DNA of 63,837 nt, the filler included, from Reticulomyxa filosa (lineage: Eukaryota; Protista; Foraminifera), in NCBI GenBank assembly GCA_000512085.1. It is 18 parts of 18 records of this genome, joined end to end, with 100 filler letters (N's around TTAATTAATTAA, not from the genome) between each part and the next. Parts side by side here need not be neighbours in the genome. Positions count along the whole stretch, not along the records: positions 1 to 3,060 come from ASPP01018461.1; positions 3,161 to 4,666 come from ASPP01000931.1; positions 4,767 to 8,069 come from ASPP01005915.1; positions 8,170 to 9,174 come from ASPP01019724.1; positions 9,275 to 10,461 come from ASPP01005348.1; positions 10,562 to 31,730 come from ASPP01005307.1; 12 more parts are not named here. One strand, 5' to 3'. The notes under the pieces are model-generated. The model did no database searches and was not told the DNA's origin. It was given only the letters and a program-made list of their open reading frames with translations. The position numbers and the translations under genes were made by a program. The first letter of the stretch is position 1. The number at the start of each line of letters is the position of its first letter. Positions 1 through 12,099 of this stretch are shown in pieces.

Positions 1-73
1 TAAATTCCAAAGAAATAACAACACAATTGCAATACAAATATATATGTACATATACGTATATATATATGCAAAC

Positions 74-578
74 CGTCATCCTCGACATTTTCATCGTTTT
101 CATGAGCTTTCAGATCAAACTCTCCTTGCAACGATTGGAACAATACTTCGTTTCTTTGCTCAATCGATTTCATTATATTTTCAACGTTCGCTTGCTTTGA
201 TAACGAACACAGATCTTGCGTTCTTGCTTTTTGCTTTTCGATCAATTCACTTATTATTTCGTATAATTGCACTATTTTTTGCCCGTTCTCATCCAAGCCC
301 TCTTCTCCTTCTTCATTCCCCATTTCTTCTGTTGATTCTCCTTTCTCTACTTCGTTCTCATCTTCCAATTCTTCTATTGTCCCTGCTTCCATTTCTTCTC
401 GTTCATTTTCGTCTTCTTCCTCTGGCGCCATTGGAGTGTTTGTGTTACTTTCTGCTTCTTCCTTAGTCCCTGCTTCAGCATTCATTTTATCTCCATCATC
501 CTCGAAATCTTCTTCTTCTTCTTCTTCTTCTATAGTCCTATACTTCAGAGATGAAGCGGAATAAGCTTTATTTGACAT
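74..578 (-). CDS. First exon of an acidic, coiled-coil hypothetical protein (3' end off contig; absent from ORF track)
   Basis: Hand translation gives an open frame MSNKAYSASSLKYRTIEEEEEEDFEDDGDK...ELIEKQKARTQDL...ENVEDD followed by a GT donor at 73. Confidence 0.7.
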
Positions 579-1505
579 ATTCTTTTTAATTTTTGTTTAA
601 CTAACAATCAATGTTGTTCCCCAAACAAGGGTTGCTATTTTAAATACAATTTTAATTAACTTCTCCAACATGTTCAACATATTTTCAGCCGATGTATTTG
701 ATTTTTGTAAATATTAACATTTTATATTTGCCAATTATATCGTATCTATTTTTCTTTTTTATTTGTAATGTAGCAGATTGCTTATATTGATAAAGTTATA
801 CGCTATCTTGTGCTAATTCAAGTGGATACACTCTGTAAATTCATTTGTTGCTTTTTTTACTTCTAATAAATTCTTAAACAATTGAGGAAAAAAAAAACAA
901 CATACAAGACGAAAATGACAAAATAAAAACTTATCCTTTTATCTGCTTGTCTGATTATTTTGGTTACAGAAGTCCTTGACAAACTATTCAAAGTACGATA
1001 ATAATAATAATAAAGGACTAAATGCATCTTCGATAAGCATTGGGAACATTAAAAATTTCTTCATTTGGCGATATACAACAAATATATTTCATCTTGGAGT
1101 CACTTTTTCTCTTTAAGATAATCAGGAAAAGGAAAAGTATTAAAGCATAATGTTCATAAGCAAACAGCAACTTCCCACATATTCTCACAGAAACCATCAT
1201 ATCTTGTTTTTGATGTACACGTTGGAGAGACCAACAATATTGGACCTGACATTTGGTTTGGAATTTGATGGGTTGAAAAAAGATTTTAATACAATGGCGA
1301 ATTTCGGCAACAACACACCATTGTCCGTAAATTGACCTCCGAAGAGGATGCTTATTTCAATTTCATATAGATATTTACATTTTTAGTTTCCAAACAAAAG
1401 CTTTTTTTTTCAAAACTTTAAAAAAGCTGTTTCCTTTTTTTTAAGAAAAAAAAACACAATTCCAAGTTCTCTATTATCTTTCCTTTCATCATAATTTCAA
1501 TAAAA

Positions 1506-2072
1506 ATGCGATTTTCCACTGCTTTGTTTGCTGTGATTGTGGCATTGTTTTCTCTAATTGAGTTTTCATCCGCAGTAAACTACGTTCAGAGCGGTCCATG
1601 TCAATACTGCAAGTATGTTAAATTCTGCGATGAATGCCGTCATTGTCCATGTGTCAAGAAAGGTCCAGATGATTTGCCTTATTGCGAGTTAACCCTTTTC
1701 TTTCAAGAAAAAGCTTGTATTTTTTTAGTCGATTCATTGCGGCCATTTTTTTAGGAGAAAAGAGCAAAAGAGTGATGCAAATCATAATGACCTTACAGAT
1801 ATTGCAAGTATTGCCAATTTTGTCGGCTAAGTTCAATGTGTGAATATTGTGAAGAAGGAGGGGTACTGTCAAGTGTCGCTCAAACAATATCAGGATGGAC
1901 TGATTCTTTGGCACACATTTTGAGTGAATCTAAATTTAAGAGAGCCTTCCAGGATTATGAATCAGTTCAAAGCGATGAGAAGATATCTCAAGACAAACTC
2001 GAAGAAATTGAAAGTAAATATGGCCATGCCCTCAATAAAGATAAAAAGGATTCCAAAAAAGAGGACTTGTAA
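1506..2072 (+). CDS. Signal-peptide Cys-rich protein resembling the C-terminal domain of histidine-rich Ca-binding protein (HRC); ends KEDL
   Basis: GT-AG intron 1688-1798 joins two ORFs in frame: MRFSTALFAVIVALFSLIEFSSA...CQYCKYVKFCDECRHCPC...YCEYCKYCQFCRLSSMCEYCEEGG...LAHIL...KKEDL*. Confidence 0.75.
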
Positions 2073-2574
2073 TAATAAAACCATCTACGATCTGCAATCT
2101 TTTTGAACTAACAAAAAACACTTTTTTGTGAGAAGGAAAAAAAAATCAATGCAAATTTTTTAAAATTATTGACTTGTTCAAAATTTAATGCACAAATAAA
2201 CCTTGAAGAAACTCGCTTTTTTATCTATTGCCATTTTGTGTTGCGAACGGCTAAAATCAGCGATTGTGTATTAAGATGATGTGTCCAAATTCTTTTTTTT
2301 AAATAAGAAACGAGTGTTGCCCCTTCTCAAAACATTCGGCTAGAATTAAACTTCTTTTTGTCAAACTCTTTTGTTTTGAACGTTAAATAGTAAAAAAGTT
2401 AAAATCTGCCCTTTTCGTTGCATTTAAATGTTCATTTGCAGAATAATTACCTTTTTTTGTGCCAAGCAAAAACGTTCAGTTCTGACCGGGGTGGCAAAAA
2501 GAGGCAAAGAAAAAAAAAGATTAGAGCCAAATAAGGAAAATTTTTGTTTGGATAAAATCTATTTTGTCATACAA

Positions 2575-2958
2575 ATGGCGTTAATAAATCAGTCGCTAAA
2601 TGGTGAAGATAATAATGTAGCCATAGTGATAACAACTTCTCCACAAACCAAGGAACACTCACCAAGCATGTCAAGAAGATTATCACAGCAATTTGATCAA
2701 TGGGCAGCACATCCACCAGGTGGATCAAGAGTAGTTTCTTCAATATCACAAGTGATGCCACTTATTCTTGGCGAGGGTGCACAAGTGCACGAGTCTTATT
2801 ATTGCCATGTATGTTTTGCACATCACGCCAAAAAAAACGGGATGCAATTGATGAATTGCGGTCACATATTTTGCAAGGAATGTATCAAAGGATACTGGAC
2901 AAGTCGAATCGAAAATGGCAACGTTTATCTCAAGTGCTTTCATCCAACTCCAGAAAAC
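2575..2958 (+). CDS. RBR (Ariadne-like) E3 ubiquitin ligase, N-terminal part with RING1
   Basis: CHVCF...NCGHIFCKECIKGYWTSRIENGNVYLKCFHP is a typical RBR RING1; an intron and the contig end follow. Confidence 0.75.
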
Positions 2959-3028
2959 GTGTGAGCAAACAAACAGAAAAAAAAAAAAATTCCAAACAAT
3001 TCAACGACAACAAATTTGTAAATTTTTT

Positions 3029-3060
<32 letters not shown>

Positions 3061-3160
3061 NNNNNNNNNNNNNNNNNNNNNNNNNNNNNNNNNNNNNNNN
3101 NNNNTTAATTAATTAANNNNNNNNNNNNNNNNNNNNNNNNNNNNNNNNNNNNNNNNNNNN
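3061..3160. other. Artificial contig-joining spacer (first of 17)
   Basis: 100-nt N-run/TTAATTAATTAA/N-run. Identical spacers at 4667-4766, 8070-8169, 9175-9274, 10462-10561, 31731-31830, 35189-35288, 38937-39036, 40480-40579, 41765-41864, 42879-42978, 47681-47780, 52268-52367, 56319-56418, 57734-57833, 59628-59727 and 62634-62733. Confidence 0.98.
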
Positions 3161-4836
3161 AATAGAGATATTGGTCAGGTCAGCTGCAAGTTATGATTGT
3201 TGGTTAACCAACATCGTATGCAAAGCCTTTATCTCTAATCAAATATCATTTCAAAATCCAAATTAATTAAAATGTTTACACAAAACACACAATATGTAAC
3301 TATAATATCAAAAACTCTTCACCAACAACAAAATAAAATAACAAAAAATCTTTTATTTAAGAAAAGTTAAAATGAAAATTAAAAAGTGTTAAAAAAAAAT
3401 TTATTTTATATCTACATTGTACGAAGATAAAAGGCATTCTCAGTGGAGTGGCTGAGTGTAGCGTTGTGCTAGAATATGATTTATCCCCATCTTCATTCTG
3501 CTGCAACACCTCTTTCTTCTTAAGGATAATAAAAAAAAAACTTTTTCTTATTACAATTTAACCCACAAAATAACTAAAACTCAAACAAAAAAAAATTTGA
3601 AATTTAAAAAGTTGCAGGTGTTTGTCGTTGCTTCGGGTAGTCGAAAGATGTTTCTCACTCTCGGGGGGCCGACGCCGAACCCTTCGGGTTCGGTGACCAC
3701 CCTAATAGTTTCTTTTTGTCTAGTTTCACTGGACTGCGCTTCTTTGGCCATAATCTTATCCTCCATGTCGAGATTAGAGACATGGCCAGCATGTCCATGG
3801 GGTTTGTTTGGGGCTCCCCATTTTTCTCAAAATACCACTTGACCACTTATTTGAGTTTGTCTTTGATGATATGATAGTGTGCTTTGATTTTTTTTTTTTT
3901 AGTATATGGAGTCTGGTAAGAAAGTAAGTTTAAAATGATTTTATTTATATAAACAAATAACCTCAAAACAATAAACACAAAACAAATAAGAAAAATCTAA
4001 GCTGCATAAGCTATTATACTGTATTCAAATTTGATGACTAGTTACTCTGTTCAATTTTTTATCTTAAGCTGTAGTGATACTCCTACGTTATAATAATTCC
4101 AATATCATCTTTCTTTTTAAATTCGACTTTTGCCTGGATATTACGTGTATTCTATTGTTTTACATTTTAAGAAAATGAGCAGAAATATTGATTGACAATT
4201 ATTAGATTGAAGTTCCATAACAATAATAGTAAAATTTGGTGATTGAAACATTTTAGTCTGGTCATGTTTTGGGGCATTATGAATAAGTTATGCTTGCAAG
4301 GCTGAAGGTGGAGTAAATACTGATATATATATATAAATTTTATCTGACAAAATCTAAAGAACGTCAATTGTTGAGTAGAAAATAAAGATGATTGGATTTT
4401 CAGCAAGATAATGCAACATGCCATAAATCGGAAAAAATTATGAAATGGTTAAAACAAAAAAAAACAATGGATTTCCTAATTTAAATCTAATTAAAAATCT
4501 TTGGTAAATAGTAAAGACAATGATTCACAAAAAAGGGCCATTTAATACTACTGAAAAAATCTTTGTAACAAATTCGAAACAGAAAGTGAAAAAATAGAAA
4601 TAAACATTTGTGAAACCTTAATAAACCAAAATGATATTTAAAAACTACACGATTCGTAGATTTTTTNNNNNNNNNNNNNNNNNNNNNNNNNNNNNNNNNN
4701 NNNNNNNNNNTTAATTAATTAANNNNNNNNNNNNNNNNNNNNNNNNNNNNNNNNNNNNNNNNNNNNTTTTTTTTTTTTTTTTTTTTTATTGTACGTGTGT
4801 GTGTGTGTGTGTGTGTGAAGTAAAAAAAAGTACTGT

Positions 4837-7800
4837 GTGCAAACAACAACGGCGATATTAACAAAACAAAAACAGAAGATGAAGACAATCGTCGGAACAA
4901 AACAAATGTCAAAAAACCACTCCAAAATCATCCAAGGGCTAATTCACGACGCAATCCGCTTTTTAAACAGTTCCTCTTCGGCATCCAATAAGGCCTTGTA
5001 TCTGGAGCGAATGTATCGTATCGAAGCTGCTCTCGACCTCGCTGTCAGCATGACATATGCCTCCAAAACAAGAGACGTATGTTTTTTTTTCTTTTCTTCT
5101 TTAACGAATAGACAACAACAAAATAAAAAAAATTAGAGAGAACGTGGTTATTGGCAATGGTACAATGAAGACATTGGCGTATTGTCTCGTAGTGCTCAAA
5201 AACAAAAAACAGAAGAGGCAGCAAAAGAAGAGCAAAAAACGGCAGAGAGAGGGGAATGGGTGGACTTCCCAATTGACATTACACATCAAATTGAATCACT
5301 TTACTTGAGATGGCAGGCTGATTTGGTATGCATCAATTGTCCGTTCGTTTGTTTGTGTAGAAATGCGAAAAGGTATAAAAACTAAATGAAACAACAACAA
5401 CAACAACAACAACAGCGACGTCCCAATGAATTGGTACGATTCATCGATCCATCCAAACCTTACGCAGAAGCTCTAATAGTGGAAAATGCAGACGACCTGG
5501 ACGACGGGACAAAAGACAAAAAGGACAGCGAAGCAAAGAAAGCGGGAGTGCTGAAAGACGACTACAGTGACTTTGGTGTCGTGACGTACCCCGTTGGCTA
5601 TCACGCTCAGCGATGGCAGACAAAGGACATGACAGACGAAGAGAAGCGCACAATTTTCCAGCCTTACAGCGGTGATGATCCACATGTACGTGTGATGAAG
5701 GTGGACCCATTGAGGACCGTCCAAAATATGGTGTATCACTGGGAATGGGGTCCTCTGTATTATCGTGGACGACATATGACGGCGCACTACACCACCACGG
5801 AAGGCAAAGCTTACTATCAGCGCTCGATCATTTTGGATCGCTTTCAAAAGGCCAATGGCGTGTGGTATCGAGTGTTTCATCCGTTGCCAACACGCAAAGA
5901 CATTGACAAAGCCCAACTCTTTCCTGTGTCCCACTTGCAATTGGCCAGCGTTGGCAAGTTTTTCAAAAGCTATATTCGCGGCCCGGACAACAAACACTAT
6001 GTCATTGACGTCCTGGCCGGCACTGTGCGCTGCGTCCAAGACCAGACGCTGTTCAAAATCCGCAGGCAAGTTCGAACCGCGTCCACCGATACGTTGTGGC
6101 GAGAAATCACAAAACAAGTCGACACCAATGATAACACCGATGTGCCGTGGAAGCAGCCCGAAGAAAAAGCTGTTTGTAATTTTACTAAGTGCTATTTATA
6201 TACGTATACATATATACATATAACTTATACGTATGTATGCATTTTGCATTAGATAATACCTTTGCCGAAAATGGATTGGAGAAAATGGGCCCGTGTCTGT
6301 CCTTTCCTTGACGTATGTAACTGTGTCGTGGTTGTAATGTAATGTTGTGTTGGATTACTCATTGCATGTGTTTGCTTTTGGTTGATTGAAAGATTGTCGA
6401 CGAAGAGAATGAAGAAAACGAAAACGAAAAGAACAAAAAAAGAAGAAAAAAAGGAAAAGGAACGAAAGTGTCAGAAGAGGAAATCAAAAAAGAATGATGA
6501 CAATGAGGAAGAAGAAGAAGAAGAAGAAGAAGAAAAGAAGGAACCAGAAAAACCCACAAACAAACAAAAAGGAAAATCGAAAAACAATGGTTCGAAACCC
6601 ACCACAAAGCCGAAAGCAAAAGAGATAGACACAGAAAAAGAACAGACAACGACAGCAATAAAAAATACAGGGAAATTACCGAACAAAAAGAGATACAGAG
6701 TTCAGCTCGAAAAACTTGCGAAATTGACAGATGAGGAAAGACAGAAGACGCCATTGCCATCGACTGGAGACCGCGTGTCGGGGAAAGTTGTAAAATTGGT
6801 GCGTTATGGCATGTTTGTTGACATTGGTTTAACACGCGATGCGTTTTTGCACATATCTCAAATCCGGTTCACGAAAGAAGATTGGGATGATTTACTAAAG
6901 GATTACTCTCAAGTGACATCAAACGAACACGGACATGGACATGGACATGAACGTGGACATGAACATGAACATGAGACGACAGATGCTCAAGCCGCGGCTC
7001 TTCGCAGCTTGCCAAAGCGGGTGCGAGACATGAGCCAGGTGCCACTGCGGACAGGAGACTTTATCGAGGAACTGTGGGTCGAGGACCTGGAGTTTGACAA
7101 TGGCTGCAGAGTGACGCTAAGTCAATTCCGACCTTTGGACATGATCAAAGTCGGGGATTATCTAACTGGATATGTGCGCGGCATTTCGTCGTGGGGAGTA
7201 TTTATTGACCTTGGCTTCGAGCCGGATGCGTTGTTGGATCGCACGCACTTGGAGGCTGGACTGATGGATCGACTGGTGTTCGATTGTCGACACGAAGTGA
7301 AGCTGGGCCAAGAAATAAAAGTATACGTGCTGAAAGTGGATTTGGAGTCGAAAGACAAATTGGTGGTCGACTTGGACTTGAGAGAGAAACTTGCCGATCA
7401 TCTGACACTGCCTGATGACTTCAACGAGTCCAGAGCTGTAAAATACTCTCTGTTTGGAATGCTGCCCGATGACATTAATGAATTGTCCTTCCGCTATTTG
7501 GATCGCGGCTCTTTGCATTACTGTCGAAAGGTATGTCGTCTGTTCGAACGCATCATCGATGACAAAACCTCCTTGGTTTGGGATATTCAAGAACTAAAGT
7601 GCTTCCATTCCAAACTCACCTTTCAACACGAAGTGCTTGGAATGGGAGTCATGGTGGAAAGATATCCTGGTTCCGGCGTCATTTGTGCCATCGAGCCCAA
7701 ATTAGATCTGATATCGGCCAATTCTGTTCAAGCTTTTAATGTGCGAATGAGCGTGTGGAAAGAACCTTTTTCCCATTGGTTGCCTGTATACATATGTCCT

Positions 7801-8023
7801 CAGCACGGCGAAAGAAGCTTGCCTTGGGCAAAGAAAGTCATGAGTGAAATGATCGATCCAAAAAAAGCAAATCATGGAATCCCTTTTATGCGTTAAAGAT
7901 TATTCCAGCTTTGATGAACACCATGGTCGTCAAGGTTATGAAAGGACAATTGCATGAATCTATTGTGGCTTTGGAAGGATATACTATGTTTTATCATATG
8001 CTCTTGGCCATGTTACATAATTG
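4837..8023 (+). CDS. Partial multi-exon protein: split WWE-like domain, two S1 domains, F-box, conserved C-terminal domain of unknown function
   Basis: Introns 5077-5136, 5326-5415, 6172-6252 and 6313-6392. Motifs YWQWYNED..WVDFPIDITHQIESLY; YVIDVLAG..KIRR; GDRVSGKVVKLVRYGMFVDIGLTRDAFLHISQI; GDYLTGYVRGISSWGVFIDLG; LPDDINELSFRYLDRGSLHYCRKVCRLF; CFHSK..VLGMG..VRMSVWKEPFSHWLP..LMNTMVV..HES..ALEGY. Homopolymer shifts near 6440 and 7884-7887. Confidence 0.75.
6926..6975 (+). repeat. Hexamer repeat (GGACAT/GAACAT) encoding a His-rich loop inside the first S1 domain
   Basis: Translates EHGHGHGHERGHEHEHE. Confidence 0.8.
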
Positions 8024-8169
8024 AATTTTTTTTTTTTTTTTTTTTCTCCCCCCCCTTTTTTTTTTTTTTNNNNNNNNNNNNNNNNNNNNNNNNNNNNNNN
8101 NNNNNNNNNNNNNTTAATTAATTAANNNNNNNNNNNNNNNNNNNNNNNNNNNNNNNNNNNNNNNNNNNN

Positions 8170-8620
8170 CCAACTTCGCAAGTACATTGATATACAGTAA
8201 ATGCGAGTGTAGTTATCACAACAAATTGCCAGTTTCTTGCATGACATCAATTGTTTGAATATACTCAATTATCAAATTTGTATTGGTTACTTTGTCCATA
8301 GAAAAGGGATTGTAAATATTACGTAGTATTTTTTTTAGCAGTGCTGTGGTACATAAGGGCTTGATCTGAATTTTGGTCACTTGCTAACACATAACACGTA
8401 ACGCACTTGTGTTGCAAGAAAACCAATTATTTAATTCATTCAAGCTGTTTGCCACCGCACTGCTAAAAAAAACACTACGTTATAATTACAATCCCTTTTA
8501 TATGGACAAAGTACATAATACAAATGTGCAAATCGAGGTCATCAAAAATTGGCAGCACAAGATACTGGCATTTTGCTGGACCACTACTCTTGGGCTTGTT
8601 GTGCTGTAGGGAGTTGCCAT
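8170..8620. repeat. Long imperfect palindrome (fold-back) centred near 8400
   Basis: 8288-8349 matches the reverse complement of 8452-8513 with about 5 mismatches; weaker similarity continues inward to the centre and outward to the contig edge. Confidence 0.85.
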
Positions 8621-9274
8621 TGAAAGGTCCAATGTATGGCCACTCCCGATGAACATACTCTGAAAAGTTTAATCCGGTTCAGTGTATCTTGACATTCTAA
8701 TAAAACTATAGAATTTGTAGAATTGTCAGTTGAGTCAGTCTAGAGTTCTTCATCTTCAACTTCACGCTTCTTCGAAATGATATATTGTAGATTTGGCTTT
8801 CATCATTTCTACCACGCAGTACATATTTCATCTGCAAACGTATACAACTAGCATGTGCAATACGTCAAAAACATGGACGAATAAATGTACTATCTGCAGT
8901 AGCGATAGTAATCATATTCGCAGTTGCACTTGTTATGGTAGTGCGATGATCTTCAATACGATCGTAAAAAAAAAAAATAAATAAAAATATAGACCCGCTA
9001 TATTGATATTCCAATCACATGTCGCGTCCATTTCCCCGTCCATGTTGTGGGTATGTCACTCACACAAGTCATATATGTCCATGAGAGAATGTGTGCCACA
9101 TGGTGGAAATGCTGATAATCACACAGCCATCATTTCGGTAAGGAGTGTGATGTTGAAGATAAAGAACTCTCCACNNNNNNNNNNNNNNNNNNNNNNNNNN
9201 NNNNNNNNNNNNNNNNNNTTAATTAATTAANNNNNNNNNNNNNNNNNNNNNNNNNNNNNNNNNNNNNNNNNNNN

Positions 9275-9427
9275 TTTATCTTTCAATTCTTCTAAAAATC
9301 TTTGTAATGTCCAATTAGCCGGAATGTTTTTCAGTACAATCTGCTTACTGTTACTTTTATTGACTGTTATGTTTTCGTAAACGTCAGCTTTCTCAATAAA
9401 AGCGTTCAAATTGAGTTCTCCGTCCAT
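9275..9427 (-). CDS. Second, inverted copy of the ubiquitin-like gene (truncated by contig end)
   Basis: Same sequence as 10054-10206. Confidence 0.6.
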
Positions 9428-10206
9428 TCTTCTTTCTTGTTGAAAATAAGCTAAACAATTGTCAAACTTCAAAGAAGCAAGTTAAACACAGAGTGTACTT
9501 CTAAAAAATCACCTTTATACCTTACTCTCTTTTTTAGATAGAAACAAAAACAAAGTATGCCAGCAATATAATTACTAGTCAAACTAAAAAATAAAAAAAC
9601 AAGTTAACTTAAAAAATTGACAAACGCAACCCAAAAATTAAAAAATTAAAGAAAGAGTTGTACCATTTAGATAATGATACTTCAACAATCGAGAGATATT
9701 TCCTCAGAAATCATTTGCAACATTCATTTACTTCTTACTAAAATCGATGAATTTGAAGCGTTCATGACATCTGAAAGACCTCACCAAACTACGTTTAAAA
9801 CACAATTTCGTTGGTTTTTTCAATTGCATTGAAATCGAGTCAGTAAATTCAAACTACTAGTTTTTTAAAATTTGGTTGACTTGCCACTTTTAGTGTATCT
9901 TTTTTGTTTATTTCTTGCATTTGCTATGCCATGGTACGATAAAATAAAAAAGAGAGTAAGGTATAAAGGTGATTTTTTAGAAGTACACTCTGTGTTTAAC
10001 TTGCTTCTTTGAAGTTTGACAATTGTTTAGCTTATTTTCAACAAGAAAGAAGAATGGACGGAGAACTCAATTTGAACGCTTTTATTGAGAAAGCTGACGT
10101 TTACGAAAACATAACAGTCAATAAAAGTAACAGTAAGCAGATTGTACTGAAAAACATTCCGGCTAATTGGACATTACAAAGATTTTTAGAAGAATTGAAA
10201 GATAAA
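9275..10206. repeat. Inverted duplication, 262-bp apparently identical arms (9275-9536 and 9945-10206), 408-bp spacer
   Basis: Identical ORF translations on opposite strands; the arms include the same GTAAG intron. Confidence 0.92.
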
Positions 10207-10461
10207 GATTCAAGTTTTGCTGAGGCAAAAGATGTTACTCTTTGTTTACGCGGTCAGCATCTGGCTGATAAAGTTTTGTATCCAAAATATATCCAAAATG
10301 TATAAGCAAATAACCAACTCCAAAAAAAAAATAACAATAATAAATACGTAAATACAATCGAACTTGTTTAATTTTTTTATAGAGTAAAACTTTGGCCGGT
10401 CATGGATTTCATAATAATGCCACTATTTCCACTATTTGGCATGTCCTTGGGGAGCTGCTGG
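10054..10461 (+). CDS. Ubiquitin-like domain protein (partial)
   Basis: ITVNKSNSKQIVLKNIPANWTLQRFLEELKDK..VTLCLRGQHLADK, intron 10273-10382, then SKTLAGHGFHNNATISTIWHVLG, following the ubiquitin-fold pattern. Confidence 0.65.
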
Positions 10462-11239
10462 NNNNNNNNNNNNNNNNNNNNNNNNNNNNNNNNNNNNNNN
10501 NNNNNTTAATTAATTAANNNNNNNNNNNNNNNNNNNNNNNNNNNNNNNNNNNNNNNNNNNNCTTTGACTTGAGGATTCTTGTTTTGTTGAAACGACTTGA
10601 CTTTTTCGACTATTTTGATATATATCGATATATCTATTTGTTCCTAGTTTATTTGAAGTGATATCGAGATAATTTTGACGATTTTTCACGATGATCGTTA
10701 ATGATGATAATATAGATTTAATTTTTTTTTAATGATAAAGTGGAGCCATTCGACAAGGCAAATCAAGACCAAAATCACATTTCAAGCAATGCTCAAAGAA
10801 GCGCAATGGTATTTAAGCGGCAAACTGCAAAAATAAGTAAACACATCCAAGCGATTCATTGCAATGTGAAGTGATCGCAAAGCAAAAGAAAAGCTTAAAA
10901 AAAAATATCACCCTTCATCATCATTGGCTATCTAAAGACCAACAGGGTAACAGCCAATAAATGGGGCTTCAAGAGTGCTGAAATACATATCATCATCGCG
11001 ATCCGGCATCTCATTTAGATGCGCGGAAAGCACTCGCTCCAGCAACGTGTGAGAAACCGCAGGCCCCGAGCAAGAAAAGGCCAATGAAGGCCCTAAAACC
11101 AAAGAAAAGGCCACCGAATGCCCGAAACCAAAGACAAAAATACTTCAACAAATTTTATGTTTGTTTTACTTTATTTTTGATTGCAATAGTTTTTATTGTT
11201 GAATTTTGATTGATATTTAACTTTCAAAAAATCTGACGT

Positions 11240-12060
11240 CACCACTTGCTGAAGTGTAGTAGAGTCTGAGCGTTGTCCCAAATGATCCTTGGATTCACTC
11301 TGAGCTGTCTCCTTGATTTCATCACGCTTTCGCGAGTTGATACTACTCGAATCATTGCATATCTATTCACTTCATGATTAGCAATGTTTTTTCTTTGTTC
11401 AGCGAATGTCTTACGATAAATGTCATAAAATTCTTTGTTTACAATCTTGATTTTCCTTTTGTTCAATTTGTCCATTCTTGGCATCATTGAAGTTATGAGC
11501 TAGTTGAATTAGCTCATTAACATTAACTGCAAAATAAACAAATAATGTCCGGAAATTTTCAGATGTTGCTAATTTAAGTTCTTTTTGGACTTGATTGTAG
11601 TGACTATAATCGTTGGCGTATTCACACAGGAATTATCGTTTAATTTGCATATTTTTCTTCCATACGTTTTCAAGTTTGACTTCATCAATCTCCTTTTCTT
11701 CGTTTTGTTGTATACTTGATTATGTAATACAACTTGAAATGTTGAATATTGATACTTTGCTTTCTTCACAAGTCATCCGCTAATTCACTATCTGGCGTTT
11801 TGTGCAATTTGTATCGACGTTACTGGATTGTCGTTGGTGATTTCTGTGATCAGGTATATCAATACCATATCCATTCTCAATGCTACCATGCATGCTGACA
11901 TTTATTTCAGACCTGTCTGACTGTTTACCATTAAATTCGAATGTTTAGCATAGTGTAAAAACACATTACCTCGACCGTCCGGATCAACTAGTGATTTTCG
12001 GGACCATCGGAGTTCTGCCAAACAGAAAAAACCTGGCATTTACCAATCTCTCAAAGGCGT
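11240..12060 (-). mobile_element. Possible highly degraded non-LTR retrotransposon (APE endonuclease-like) relic
   Basis: Broken frames include WSRKSLVDPDGRGNVFLHYAKHSNLMVN, similar to the W..S...D.RG..l..f....nL...N pattern of APE domains; many stops. Confidence 0.3.
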
Positions 12061-12099
12061 CTAACACTCTTAAGATCTTTCGAATCTGTAATTAAGAAC

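Noticed and set aside
44-466. Hydrophobic plus-strand ORF, and similar ORFs at 6359-6835, 20049-20519 and 38260-38463
   Set aside because: These are antisense shadows of Glu/Lys-rich coding sequence on the opposite strand.
3161-4666. Possible exons near 3430-3850
   Set aside because: GC is slightly raised, but I could not build a consistent frame or recognise a motif.
11040-11140. About 30-bp twofold repeat (aagaaaaggcca) with Lys/Pro-rich, histone-H1-like translation
   Set aside because: Short, with no start codon and stops upstream; insufficient support.
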